Part shown: positions 18,494 to 28,348 of the stretch, piece after piece
Layout: every line of letters starts with the position of its first letter
Numbering within the stretch: the first letter of the stretch is position 1
Assembly: GCA_963692865.2 (NCBI GenBank)
Contig: OY843592.1
Coordinates: 160,001 to 224,000 of the forward strand
Direction of reading: 5' to 3'
Source: a bacterium
GTDB lineage: Bacteria > UBA8248
DNA length: 64,000 bases
Notes under the pieces: generated by a model
What the model saw: only the letters and a program-made list of their open reading frames with translations
The model's database searches: none
What the model was told of the DNA's origin: nothing
Made by a program: the position numbers and the translations under genes

Positions 18494-19350
18494 CAGCCCA
18501 GTATCTCCGCCACATAGGGGGGATGCGTGAAGGCGGCCGCATGGACCTCGGGGGAGTAGTAGTGGTTCTTCACATCAAGGGGCAGCGTTCTCGGCTTGGC
18601 GCGGACGTCCGTTCTCCTCGATTTGGGCGCGAGCGCGAACGACCATATCCCCCCCGGATAGGTCGGCACGTTCGCGAGATACGTCGCAGCGCCCGGAAAC
18701 ACCCGCCGGATGCGCCTCGTGATACGCCGCATCCTGTGACCCTCGAACACGGGGCCTTGGCTTTGCGCGGCGTAGAGCCCGCCGGGTTTGAGGGCGCGCT
18801 TCGCCGCGCGGAAAAAGGAGACCTGCGTGAGCGGGTTCGCCATGGCGACGGGATCCGTGGAATCGACCAGGATGACGTCGAACGCAGCCTCACAACCCTC
18901 GATGAACTTCACCCCGTCCTCGATCCGCACCTCCACGCGGGGGTCGTCCAAGCCTCCCGCAATGGATGGCAGGAACTCGCGGCAGCAATCCACCACCATC
19001 TCGTCGATCTCGACGAGGGTGACACGCTCGATAGTTTCATGCCTCAACGCCTCGCGGACGCAGCCGCCGTCCCCGCCGCCGACGATGAGGACATTCCCGG
19101 GTTCAGGATGTGCGCACATAGGAACGTGGACCAGCATCTCGTGGTAGACGAACTCATCGCGCTCGGTGGTCTGGATGATGCCGTCCAAGAGAAGGACGCG
19201 CCCGAAGTCCTCGGTCTCCACGAGGGTAATCTCCTGAAACGCGCTTTTGGCGGAATAGAGCGTTCGCAGCACCTTCATCGTGAGGCCGGTGCCGGGACCG
19301 TGGTACTCGGTGAACCATGTCGCCGGCTTGCCGGGAGGGCTTTCGGGCAT
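18493..19350 (-). CDS. speE: Polyamine aminopropyltransferase (spermidine synthase)
   Basis: LLDG..QTTERDEFVYHEML, VGGGDGG, DVILVDSTDP, PTYPGG.W. Confidence 0.93.
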   Translation of the reverse strand: MPESPPGKPATWFTEYHGPGTGLTMKVLRTLYSAKSAFQEITLVETEDFGRVLLLDGIIQTTERDEFVYHEMLVHVPMCAHPEPGNVLIVGGGDGGCVREALRHETIERVTLVEIDEMVVDCCREFLPSIAGGLDDPRVEVRIEDGVKFIEGCEAAFDVILVDSTDPVAMANPLTQVSFFRAAKRALKPGGLYAAQSQGPVFEGHRMRRITRRIRRVFPGAATYLANVPTYPGGIWSFALAPKSRRTDVRAKPRTLPLDVKNHYYSPEVHAAAFTHPPYVAEILG

Positions 19351-19364
19351 GAAGGGGGCGCGCG

Positions 19365-19832
19365 TCAGTTCCAAAGGATGACTCCCGCGAAGGCGGCGCC
19401 GGTATCCATAACGACGTGCTCGGCGGTGACGCTCCTGATCTCGCGGATACTCACGCCGCGATGCGCCATGCCCGCCTCCGCCATGCGCCGGGCTTCTTCT
19501 TCCACCCGCGCGCGGGGGGCGTGGCCGTGATGCTCCATGATGAGGCCGGGGTGCGCCTCGTCCTCGGGAATGGCGACCGCCACGGCCGCGGTGATCACCT
19601 CGCCAGGTTTGGAGGAAGTCACGGACGCGTAGGCCGCCGGCACCAGCGCGCCAGGCGGCAGGGGGGGAGGCTCCATCTCCTCGCATCCGGGCGGCAGGAT
19701 GCTGCTCACCCGCACGAGGTTCGTGTCGCCCACGCCCGCGCGCAGGAGCGCCGCGTCGAAGGCGTTGAGCTCCGTCACCCCCTCGGCGCTCCCGTGGGCC
19801 AGGAAATACCTGGTCGGCGTCTCAACGATCAT
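19365..19832 (-). CDS. pdaD: Pyruvoyl-dependent arginine decarboxylase
   Basis: [23 protein letters not shown] with the Ser-Ser autocleavage site. Confidence 0.88.
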   Translation of the reverse strand: MIVETPTRYFLAHGSAEGVTELNAFDAALLRAGVGDTNLVRVSSILPPGCEEMEPPPLPPGALVPAAYASVTSSKPGEVITAAVAVAIPEDEAHPGLIMEHHGHAPRARVEEEARRMAEAGMAHRGVSIREIRSVTAEHVVMDTGAAFAGVILWN

Positions 19833-20266
19833 CGCCCGCGCCTCTCCCCGCTCTGAACGGAAAGGGAGGCCTCCCCTCCTCCGTTCGAGGCGAAAGGCGC
19901 GTTCACCGGCGCCTTGGGTTGTTGGATGACCCCGCGCGGCACCTCTTTCGTCTCGAAGCGCGAGGGTGCGAGGTGTTCCGCGAGATGGCGCACCGCCGCG
20001 TCGCAGTCCACCTCGCCGCAGGAGAAATAATCCACCGCCGCGTAGCTGTACTCGGGCCAGGTGTGCACGGCCAAGTGGCTTTCCTCCACCACGACCACCC
20101 CGCTCACCCCGTGGGGGCTGAAGGCGTGGAACACGCTCTGCACGACGGTGGCCCCGCTCAGGCGGGCGGCCTCGTTCATCAACTCCTCGATTCGCGCAGG
20201 ATCGTTCAAAGCGGGGGATTCACAATTATAGAATTCCGCCAGCAGGTGGCGGCCCAGGGAATTCAA
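19829..20266 (-). CDS. speD: S-adenosylmethionine decarboxylase proenzyme
   Basis: [33 protein letters not shown]; TTG start after GGAGG. Confidence 0.9.
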   Translation of the reverse strand: MNSLGRHLLAEFYNCESPALNDPARIEELMNEAARLSGATVVQSVFHAFSPHGVSGVVVVEESHLAVHTWPEYSYAAVDYFSCGEVDCDAAVRHLAEHLAPSRFETKEVPRGVIQQPKAPVNAPFASNGGGEASLSVQSGERRGR

Positions 20267-20318
20267 CTTAGGCTTCCTCCAAAAACGAATCGACGAACCA
20301 ACCTCAAACCTCCTGAAA

Positions 20319-20918
20319 TCAAAAACTCGGCGGCGTGGACACCCACAGGAGCCTCGCGCGCTTCTTGTAGGGGTTCGCCACACGGTGGTTTCTGTCCGAG
20401 GCGAAATAGAACCACTCGCCCCTTTTCGCCTTGGCGCGCGTCTCCCCGAAGGTGATCTGCACCTTGCCCTCCAGGACGTAGCCGAACTCCTCACCCGCGT
20501 GCGCGTCCTCGGCTATCGACTCGCCCGCCTCCATCGTGACGAGGGCGGGCTCCATGTTGCGGTTCGCCGTTCCGGGCACCATGAGCTCGAAGGCGCTCAC
20601 TTCCGCGTAGGTCGCAGCAATACGCGAATCCTCCGGGCCGAAGGCGACTCTCCCCTCCTCGCGGCCCTGAAAGAAGCGGACGATGTCGGTATCGAGCGCC
20701 TGGAGAATTTCGAGCAGGCTCTCCAGAGAGGGGGAGGTCAGGTCGCGCTCGAGCTGTGAGATGAACCCCTTGGTCAGGTTCGAGCGGCCCGCGAGTTCTT
20801 CCTGCGTCAGGCCGTGGGAAAGACGCAGGCCCCGGATGCGCGCGCCCACGCGCAGCATGCTCTCGACGGAGCGGCTCATGCCGGTTCTGTTCGGCTTTTC
20901 CTGGAACTCGTGCGCCAC
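20319..20918 (-). CDS. XRE-HTH plus cupin transcriptional regulator (PuuR-like)
   Basis: [21 protein letters not shown]; [12 protein letters not shown]; heads the polyamine operon. Confidence 0.85.
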   Translation of the reverse strand: MAHEFQEKPNRTGMSRSVESMLRVGARIRGLRLSHGLTQEELAGRSNLTKGFISQLERDLTSPSLESLLEILQALDTDIVRFFQGREEGRVAFGPEDSRIAATYAEVSAFELMVPGTANRNMEPALVTMEAGESIAEDAHAGEEFGYVLEGKVQITFGETRAKAKRGEWFYFASDRNHRVANPYKKRARLLWVSTPPSF

Positions 20919-21176
20919 CTTCTCACCCGCTCCAAGTCCGGCCGCTCAGGGGCCTGCGCGAACCGGCGCGACTGTCAGTCCGATCGATCCGACCGCACGA
21001 TTCCGCAAGCTGTGAGGGGGTCGGGCGGTCGAACCGGTTGTTTAGCAAAGAATGATTGCAAAAATATGTTTCCTAAACAACAGGGAGGAAATGTATATAG
21101 TTTTTGGGCCCCGGTGTCAATAATTCGCATCGCGCGGGACGCTCCTTTCTGTCCGGTTGTGATTGGCGGTTTTGAC

Positions 21177-21597
21177 GTCATTCCGGCTTTCGCCGGAATG
21201 ACGGGCGTAGGGGCCTGTCCGCTACAAAACCACCCCCCCTACCCCCCCTTGTCAGGGGGGTAAAAGCAATGCGCCCGGCAAAGGATTGTTATAAAAGTCC
21301 ACAGAAGGAGCGCGCCGAATTTCACTCCCCCCTTGCGGGTCGGGCATCTCCTCATCGGGATGCCCGACAACGAGGCAAGGGCAAAGCCCGCAGGCGAGTT
21401 GGTGGGGGGAGCTTTTTCTGTGGCATGTCCCCCCACCGCATCAGCCTTCGCATAAATCGCTCGGCTTCTGTCGGGCTTTCCCCTCGGGAAGCCCGACCCC
21501 CTCAAGGGGGGAGTGAATTTCTCTCTCGACGGACGGCAAGAACCCTCGAGGAGGGAGTGATTCGTCCCGACTCGGCAAGGAGTTCCCAACAACCCCG
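21177..21597. repeat. Composite intergenic repeat mosaic
   Basis: Palindrome CGTCATTCCGGCTTTCGCCGGAATGACG, CCCCCCTACCCCCCCTTGTCAGGGG unit, ACTCCCCCCTTG..CAAGGGGGGAGT pair, and a MITE-like end CAACAACCCC. Confidence 0.65.
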
Positions 21598-21701
21598 TCC
21601 GGATGACGATTGCGCGGCGTTTTGTTATTTTATGGGCGATTCGGCGCCTCATGGGAGACGCGCCCCTATCGACCATCCATATCGTCTTCATGGAGAGAGA
21701 A

Positions 21702-21953
21702 ATGGCAGCAAACATCGAGGTCTACACCACCGAGCCCTGCACCTTCTGCCTGGCCGCGAAGAATCTGTTGAAAAAGCGCGGTCTCGAATGGACCGAGCAC
21801 CTGGTGTTCGGCGGCACGCCCGAATGGGACGCCATGATCGCGCGCACCGGCGGCAAGTCGGTGCCCCAGGTCGTCATCGACGACGAGGTCATCGGCGGCT
21901 TCCCGCAGCTTCAGGCCTACGACAAGGAAGGAAAGCTGAGCGAGCTGGCTTAA
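21702..21953 (+). CDS. grxC: Glutaredoxin 3
   Basis: YTT.PCTFC, SVPQV.I, IGG. Confidence 0.85.
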   Translation: MAANIEVYTTEPCTFCLAAKNLLKKRGLEWTEHLVFGGTPEWDAMIARTGGKSVPQVVIDDEVIGGFPQLQAYDKEGKLSELA

Positions 21954-21967
21954 AGACTGAACCGACA

Positions 21968-22009
21968 GGGCCGTCCACGCCATAAAAGCGAGGGCGGCCC
22001 GGTTTTTTT
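21968..22009 (+). terminator. Rho-independent terminator after grxC
   Basis: GGGCCGTCC...GGGCGGCCC stem followed by a T7 run. Confidence 0.65.
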
Positions 22010-22025
22010 GTTTGCGCCCCCATGG

Positions 22026-22209
22026 GGGATTGTTGAAAAAGTCTGTGATAACGGTGACGGGATACCGCCTTGCCGGAGGGTGTGTAGGGGCCGCATATTA
22101 TGCGGCCCACTGTCGGCAGGTGAAAAAGGCAGGGTCGCATACTATGCGACCCCTACAACTTCACATCCGTCGAACCGAATGACGAAATCAGGGGTTTTTC
22201 AACAACCCC
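22026..22209. mobile_element. MITE-like element with GTAG-REP pair and 5-bp flanking repeat CATGG
   Basis: GGGATTGTTGAAAAA / TTTTTCAACAACCCC; CATGG at 22021-22025 and 22210-22214; REPs at 22084-22108 and 22132-22156. Confidence 0.78.
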
Positions 22210-22314
22210 CATGGGCGGCGTTTCACCGAAGCGCCAAAGAAGATACCCTGTCCACTCTCTGACAACACACGAAGCCGCCCCGAGGGCGCGGCTTCGAGCC
22301 GGGAGGAAAGCGCC

Positions 22315-23751
22315 ATGCCGCTCATGAGTCCGAGTGAATACAAGCGAAGCCTGAATGACGGCCGCGTCGTCTACTACCGGGGCGAGCGGGTGGAGGACGT
22401 GGCCGCCCACCCCGTCATCGGCGTCGCTGTCGATCACGCCGCCATCGACTACGAGATGGCCGAAGACGAAGCAGACAAGGAACTGGCCTTGGTCGACGGC
22501 CCGGACGGCCCCTACTCGCGCTACTACCACATCCCCGAATCCGCGGACGACCTCCTGAAGCGCAGCGCCCTCATCGAACGCGCCACGAACTTAGGAGGAA
22601 CGCTCGTCGTCCTGATCAAGGAGATCGGTACCGACGCGCTGTTCGCGCTCCGCCTGCTCGCCTCCTACATGGACAAAAACATGGGGACGAGCTACCTGGA
22701 GCGCGTCCAGAAATTCCACGACCACTGCCGCGAAAACGACCTCGCCGTCGCCGTCGCCCAGACCGACGTGAAAGGCGACAGGGGCAAGGGACCCGCCGAT
22801 CAGGCGCATCCCGATTACTACGTCCGCGTGGCGGCCCAGGATGAGGAGGGAATCACCCTGCGCGGGGCGAAGGTGCACACTTCCGTCTCTACCAATGCGC
22901 ACGAGATCATCGTGCTGCCCACGCGGAACATGCGCGCGGGCGATGAGGCCTACGCGGTGGCCTGCGCCGTGCCCGCCAACGCGCCGGGCCTCACCATGCT
23001 GGCCAGCGGCTACGGGGGCAGGAAGGGGACGGCGTTCGAAAACCCGATTTCCTCCAAGCACAAGATGATGGAGACGCTCACCGTCTTCGACGACGTGAAG
23101 GTTCCCTGGGAGCGCGTTTTCCTGAACGGCGAGGTGGACATGGCGGGGCCGCTTGCGAAGACGTTCGTGGAGTTCCACCGCTTCACCGCCGTGAGCTACA
23201 AGCTGCCGCTCGTGGATCTGTTCGTGGGCGCGTCGCACCTGATGGCGGAGTACAACGGCATCCTGCGCGCGGGCCACGTGCGCGACAAGCTCGCCAGACT
23301 CATCTCCTACGCGCAGATCTGCCGGGGCATGACGCGCGAGGCCGCGCGGGAATGCAAGGTCATGGACGGCGTCGCCGTGCCGAACGCGGAGATCATCAAC
23401 ATCGCGAAACTCCACTTCGCCACCGGCTACCACCAGGCGCTCGCCTGGGTGCAGGACATCGCGGGAGGGCTGCTCGTCACCGGCCCGAGTGCGGAGGACC
23501 TGGACGACCCGAGGCTCGGCGAGCTCATCGACAAGTACCTGGGCGCATCCCCCGCCGCCTCGACCCTGGATCGCTTAAGGCTCATGAACCTGATCGCGGA
23601 GATCACGGCGTCCGATTTCGCGGGCTATCAGGCCGTGCTGGCGATTCACGCGGAAGGCAGCATCGAGGCGGAGAAGATGACCATCTGGCGCGAGCACGAG
23701 GTCGCCTCATCAATCGACTACGCGAAACGCCTCGCGGGCATCGAACAATAG
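22315..23751 (+). CDS. 4-hydroxyphenylacetate 3-hydroxylase / 4-hydroxybutyryl-CoA dehydratase family flavoprotein
   Basis: Y..SL.DGR.VYYRGERV, TDVKGDR, GAKVHTS, VFDDVKVPWERVF. Confidence 0.85.
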   Translation: MPLMSPSEYKRSLNDGRVVYYRGERVEDVAAHPVIGVAVDHAAIDYEMAEDEADKELALVDGPDGPYSRYYHIPESADDLLKRSALIERATNLGGTLVVLIKEIGTDALFALRLLASYMDKNMGTSYLERVQKFHDHCRENDLAVAVAQTDVKGDRGKGPADQAHPDYYVRVAAQDEEGITLRGAKVHTSVSTNAHEIIVLPTRNMRAGDEAYAVACAVPANAPGLTMLASGYGGRKGTAFENPISSKHKMMETLTVFDDVKVPWERVFLNGEVDMAGPLAKTFVEFHRFTAVSYKLPLVDLFVGASHLMAEYNGILRAGHVRDKLARLISYAQICRGMTREAARECKVMDGVAVPNAEIINIAKLHFATGYHQALAWVQDIAGGLLVTGPSAEDLDDPRLGELIDKYLGASPAASTLDRLRLMNLIAEITASDFAGYQAVLAIHAEGSIEAEKMTIWREHEVASSIDYAKRLAGIEQ

Positions 23752-23762
23752 GAGAGCAAGGG

Positions 23763-24470
23763 ATGGATCCGACCCAGGCGCTCGTCGCCATCTGGCTGAA
23801 CGTCGCCGAAGAAAACAAAGAAGAGTTCAGAAAGTGGCACAACTGCGAGCACTCCACCGACAGGATGGACGGCCCCGGCTTCCGCGCCGGCTACCGCTAC
23901 AACGCGGTGGATGAGAACACGAATCACAACATTCTCTGCACCTTCGAGGGCGACACCCTCGCGGCGTTTGAGAGCGATTACTACAAAGAATCGCGTGACA
24001 ACCCAAGCCCATGGACCAGGAAGTGCATGGCCTTCATCAAAAACGCCGAGCGCGCGGTCTATAGCCTGCAGGTCTCGATCGGCGCGCCGCACCGTTTTGA
24101 TGCGCCCTGGCTCTACATGGTGAGCCCCAATCCCGAGAGTGAGGAGATGAAAGAGGAGATGCTCGCCTGGTACCGCGAGGAGCACCTGGAGCGCCTGTAT
24201 GAAGTCGATGGCATGACGCGGGGGCGCGTGTACCAGCTCGAAACCGGCGCGACGGGCGGGGCGACGGCGGAGGCGGAGATACAGGAGACCCGGACGGGCG
24301 CGCGGCGCATCATCGCGGTCTACGAGGTGGAAGACCCCGCCATCCCGCAGTCTGACGCCTGGGAGGAAGCCGCCTACGGCACGCCCAGAAGCGCAGCGAT
24401 GCGGCCGAATCTCAAGAACGCGGTGCGGGAGATGTGGTGGCTGGATTTTGTGAAGTGGAAGAGGGGGTGA
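23763..24470 (+). CDS. Tandem EthD/DUF4286-like protein
   Basis: FRKWHNCEH...PGF and WYREEHL...VDG repeats; similar architecture to 6013-6753. Confidence 0.65.
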   Translation: MDPTQALVAIWLNVAEENKEEFRKWHNCEHSTDRMDGPGFRAGYRYNAVDENTNHNILCTFEGDTLAAFESDYYKESRDNPSPWTRKCMAFIKNAERAVYSLQVSIGAPHRFDAPWLYMVSPNPESEEMKEEMLAWYREEHLERLYEVDGMTRGRVYQLETGATGGATAEAEIQETRTGARRIIAVYEVEDPAIPQSDAWEEAAYGTPRSAAMRPNLKNAVREMWWLDFVKWKRG

Positions 24471-24494
24471 GGGGATGAGACCCTAATAACTTAG

Positions 24495-25325
24495 GTGAAT
24501 ATAATGTCAGATACTACACGTTTTAGTTTGTTGACTATTATCGAAGCAGCTAACTTACTCACTTATCTAACCCAAGCAGAATTTAATAACTTTCTTCTCC
24601 GGTTATCTGTCGACCAATATGTACCCATGAGGCTAGATATAAGCAAGGATAACAAGGCAAATAAACTAATTGAGTTCGCCAAAGAAAATCCACTCCACCA
24701 AACTGTTTTAGGTTCGAATTTAGTGGATGAGATAGTGGAACGAGCAATCGATATAGTGAAGCAAATAAAATGCTCGGGGGGAAATAGCCAGCAATATGAA
24801 ACCTTTATTCATTCTCTGGCACGAGATGGATTCACATTAACGGATGAGGAGATACTCCAAAAAGCTCTTCCTCCAATAGCCGATCTTCCTGAAGCCGATG
24901 ACGAACTCCACGAACTCCTAGACAAACTCAACATGGCTCAGGCCAAAGGGCATTTGGATCAAGCCATTGACAATCATTCACGAGGACAATGGGCAGCGGC
25001 CAACGGGCAATTGAGAACATTTCTGGAAGATCTATTTAATGAAATATTCCGGCGCCTGGAACCGACGAGGGCCAACGACCAGTTGTCCAGCGAGAATCGT
25101 AGAGAGATATTGGCATCAAGACAATCACCCTTCTTTCAAGAATCACTGGGCGAGTCGGGCCAGCAAGGAAAGAATTTTGTGAATGGCGTATTCAAGCGAC
25201 TTCACGGAAAAGGGTCGCACCCAGGACTCTCTGACGAAGAAGACTGCACCTTTCGACTACACTTGGTTTTGATAGTGGCACGGTATTATTTGCGGAGAGC
25301 ACAGCATTACATAAACACACCATAG
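24495..25325 (+). CDS. AT-rich hypothetical protein with abortive-infection C-terminal/HEPN-like domain
   Basis: HLDQAIDN...AANGQLRTFLE...RLHGKGSHPG helical pattern; lower GC than neighbours. Confidence 0.55.
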   Translation: MNIMSDTTRFSLLTIIEAANLLTYLTQAEFNNFLLRLSVDQYVPMRLDISKDNKANKLIEFAKENPLHQTVLGSNLVDEIVERAIDIVKQIKCSGGNSQQYETFIHSLARDGFTLTDEEILQKALPPIADLPEADDELHELLDKLNMAQAKGHLDQAIDNHSRGQWAAANGQLRTFLEDLFNEIFRRLEPTRANDQLSSENRREILASRQSPFFQESLGESGQQGKNFVNGVFKRLHGKGSHPGLSDEEDCTFRLHLVLIVARYYLRRAQHYINTP

Positions 25326-25469
25326 TCTAGAAATCACACGAATAACACCGCGGCACTCAATAGGACAACATCTATTGGCGTTTGTACGAGACGCTGTTCA
25401 AATTTTCGAAGAAGAGGAATGAGGCAACACAAGCTATTGCAATTCCACCCCCACGAGGGTCTCTCAGTC

Positions 25470-25596
25470 CGTCATTCCGGCGCATGCCGGAATCCAGTGA
25501 CTTTGTCTTTGGTTTTGCGCTTTACCGTTGTTTATGGACGCCCAGCGGAGTCAACATCCTTATCGGCTCTGGATTCCGGCATGCGCCGGAATGACG
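25470..25596. repeat. Inverted CGTC-type REP pair between convergent genes
   Basis: CGTCATTCCGGCGCATGCCGGAATCC and its exact reverse complement at 25571-25596. Confidence 0.8.
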
Positions 25597-25635
25597 AGCA
25601 AAGTCAAAACCACCTTCCCGTAAGTGATTCGCCGT

Positions 25636-26997
25636 TCAGAAAAGACCTCGCTCGAATTTGTCTTTCGCCAAGTATTCACGTACCAGTTCCACCGACCAGG
25701 GTTCCTTGAGTTTGTTGTTCTTGACATCTTCGACGAGCGTATCGACGGACGCGAAACTTCCGCTGAGAGACGTTCCGCGCCTCTCGAAAAATTCGGTTCT
25801 ACTGAGCACCACAGAAACGTCGTTTTCAGGCGCGCGCCATTCATACACGATAGCAGCGTGTTTCGAAGCTCTCTCGCCATCGTCGAAATACACCGCGCCA
25901 ATCAACCTCATCGATGAGGGTTCGAGTTGGAGCCGCAATTCCTCCGCGAGTTCCCGTACGGCGCAGTTGACGAGCGGCGCGCCGCCTACGGCATCCTCGC
26001 ATCGAACATGCCCACCGGCCCAGATCACGATCTTCTCATGAAGGGGATTATCGCTTCTTTTTTCACGTCGGCGGAGACGAAGTACGTCTCCGTCCGCATT
26101 CCGAACAACGACCACGGGAAGCGCCTGGACGCGAGAAGCGTCTGTTTCCACTTCATCTCTGGTCCTGAAATTACTGTCCTCACTTTCTTCGAAATGCCGC
26201 GCCAGTTCATCCGCTTTGGAAGCGTCAACAAAGCTCTTGTCTCCAAACAAGTCTTTTACGGTTTTCCTGGAGCATGAAAGTATGTTTTCCGCGAGTTGCT
26301 CTTCCACCAGGCCGAGAATGACATCGGTTACAGTTTCCGCCGTAGATTCCCGATCCAGGCCGGCGGCCCCGCTGGACGTATCGATGGTATGAATCCGGAA
26401 ATCCTCTTCGAGTTCCTTGGCGCAATCTTTATTCACTTCCCTGATTTTGCCAAGAATCTCAAGATTCATAATGGAGCCTTCTTTCGCGTTCGCAGGCCTG
26501 ATTCCCTGCTCGCGCGTCATCGCATCCTTCGGAGATACAAGCATCACAAACACGGCCGAGATGCGCTTCCTCCAGTCATCGATTGTCAGAAACTTTTGGA
26601 TTATTTCTTTTTCTTCTTTACGCAGGCGAGAGAGCCGCTCCATCATGGTCAACCAACAGATGGAATCGAAAAGCCCTCTGTCGAGAAAAAGAATCTGCGG
26701 ATCGTCATCCCGCGGCGGGTTTTGCGTCTTTTCCAGAATCTGCGCGAGCGTCGTGCATGCGGTCCAGACGTTGAAATTCGCATGCTTCTTGTCACGAATC
26801 GGGCATTCAGAAGCGCGCTCGATGACGATATCGGTATGAAAACCACAACGCTTGAGAAACGTCTGCACATGCGTAAGCGTCGTCGTCTTCCCCGCTTTCG
26901 GGACTCCCGCGAACTCTATGACCAACGGTTTGCGCGCCTTTTCGGCAAATTGTCCGGCCAAACGCTCTGCGCGCTCCTGAAGATTCTCCATGTGCAT
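25636..26997 (-). CDS. Thymidylate-kinase-like P-loop domain fused to a NUDIX hydrolase
   Basis: IEFAGVPKAGKTT (Walker A), LDRG; C-terminal GGHV..ED...RELAEEL Nudix box. Confidence 0.8.
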   Translation of the reverse strand: MHMENLQERAERLAGQFAEKARKPLVIEFAGVPKAGKTTTLTHVQTFLKRCGFHTDIVIERASECPIRDKKHANFNVWTACTTLAQILEKTQNPPRDDDPQILFLDRGLFDSICWLTMMERLSRLRKEEKEIIQKFLTIDDWRKRISAVFVMLVSPKDAMTREQGIRPANAKEGSIMNLEILGKIREVNKDCAKELEEDFRIHTIDTSSGAAGLDRESTAETVTDVILGLVEEQLAENILSCSRKTVKDLFGDKSFVDASKADELARHFEESEDSNFRTRDEVETDASRVQALPVVVVRNADGDVLRLRRREKRSDNPLHEKIVIWAGGHVRCEDAVGGAPLVNCAVRELAEELRLQLEPSSMRLIGAVYFDDGERASKHAAIVYEWRAPENDVSVVLSRTEFFERRGTSLSGSFASVDTLVEDVKNNKLKEPWSVELVREYLAKDKFERGLF

Positions 26998-27337
26998 TTA
27001 TCCCGATTAAGCACTGACTTACCGCGGCGCATTATTTCTTGATGATATCTCTCCAGGACTTGTTGAAATTATAGGCTGCCTTTTTCAGAAAACCATAGAT
27101 GCTTTATATTCCCGACGCACTTTTGAATCAAACCCGCATCGTGGTGCGGACAAGAAATTTCCCGACCTATTACGGATTGTTCTACTGCAAACCCGCCGCA
27201 ACACCCGCGAACCGGCAGCTTCAAAAAGAACGAAACGCACTGCGCGTATCCAGCGTCTTACTGATCATGTATTTTGCCATCCGTTCCAGTTTTCGCAATC
27301 ATCGCGCCGATGCGCCGCCGATAAAGGAAAACCAACC

Positions 27338-27514
27338 ATGCCGCTCACGCGGGATTTCAGGGAAACGATTCAGGCGCGGGTCGAGCGCGACTCAGGCTTC
27401 CGGCAGGAGCTTCTGAAAAAGGGCGTCGAATGCCTGCTCTCGGGCGAGGTGGAAGTCGGCAAAGCGGTGCTTCGCGATTTCATCAACTCGACGGGCGGCT
27501 TTCATCAGTCGTAG
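27338..27514 (+). pseudogene. Truncated addiction-module antidote / HTH regulator (N-terminal 58 aa only)
   Basis: MPLTRDFRETIQARVERD..FRQELL..GVECLLSGEVEVGKAVLRDFIN, then stop before any HTH; MITE-end-like palindrome follows at about 27531. Confidence 0.7.
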
Positions 27515-27866
27515 CAATCGCTCCCTTATCGGGGCTGCTGAACAACCCCGCATGCGTTCCCTGCAATGGACGCGGCAATGACTCCGCTATGAAAGGCGCA
27601 GACCCGCGAGCGCCCTTCGACAGGCTCAGGAATGCAGTTCCTCCTTTTTCAGTCGGAACTGACCTTCGGCGGCCAGCCAGGATGAGGCGGAGAGAGAGAC
27701 CGCCGCGCGGAGTGAGGCGGAAGGGGAGGCTGCCGCCTGAATGCCACGCCCCATCGGTTGCGAGACGAAATCTCATCTCTCCTTCGTGCGTGTTATCGAA
27801 ATGCAATGCTTCCAGCGAAATTTCCTGATATCTATAAAAAATAAACAAAATGCCCCTCAAAAAAAA

Positions 27867-27896
27867 TTGACATTCCGAAAATACGAAGCATAAAAT
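27867..27896 (+). promoter_or_regulatory. Near-consensus sigma70 promoter of the precursor gene
   Basis: TTGACA-18 nt-TAAAAT with an A-rich upstream region. Confidence 0.7.
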
Positions 27897-27924
27897 CAAC
27901 ACAATACAAGGGAGGTGTTGTTTT

Positions 27925-27973
27925 TTTGACCATTCAAAGGATTTGACCATTCAGGATTTGACCATTCAAAGGA
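27925..27973 (+). repeat. Triple tandem repeat TTTGACCATTCA(AA)GGA in the precursor 5' leader
   Basis: Copies at 27925-27941, 27942-27956 and 27957-27973; the last runs into the AAGGAGG RBS. Confidence 0.85.
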
Positions 27974-27981
27974 GGGTAGTC

Positions 27982-28233
27982 ATGAGAAGCGGCGATGAAA
28001 TGCTGAAGCAGGTTGTCGATAAGTCCGCCCTGGACGCGGATTTCAGGCGGCAGTTGCTCTCGGACCCGAAGTCGACCATCAGTGAGGAATTGGGCATTAC
28101 GATTCCCGATTCGATGAACATCATGGTCCACGAGAGCGACATGCAGACGGTACACCTCGCGTTGCCCCCGGACCCGAACATCACCGAGGAGCAACTCGAA
28201 GCCATCTCGGCCGGCCTTTGCTGCTGCTGGTAG
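27982..28233 (+). CDS. NHLP-leader RiPP precursor with core LCCCW (SrpE-like)
   Basis: D.DFRRQLLSDPK..I, VHE....VHLALPP and EEQLEAISAG double-glycine-type site, then LCCCW*. Confidence 0.93.
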   Translation: MRSGDEMLKQVVDKSALDADFRRQLLSDPKSTISEELGITIPDSMNIMVHESDMQTVHLALPPDPNITEEQLEAISAGLCCCW

Positions 28234-28288
28234 ACCAGAAACACCTGCCGGCGTGCGGATGCCTCGTATCCGCATGATTGAAAAGGTC

Positions 28289-28326
28289 AAAAATCCCCCC
28301 GCTCAACTTTGACGGGGGGATTTTTG
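28289..28326. terminator. Bidirectional terminator between the precursor and the convergent maturase genes
   Basis: AAAAATCCCCCCG..TCAA..TTGACGGGGGGATTTTT. Confidence 0.75.
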
Positions 28327-28348
28327 CTTTGCCTTGCTGAAGTGGGTC

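Noticed and set aside
27982-28233. Nitrile hydratase alpha subunit
   Set aside because: Lacks the CxxCSC metal site, is only 83 aa and ends in a leader cleavage motif plus core
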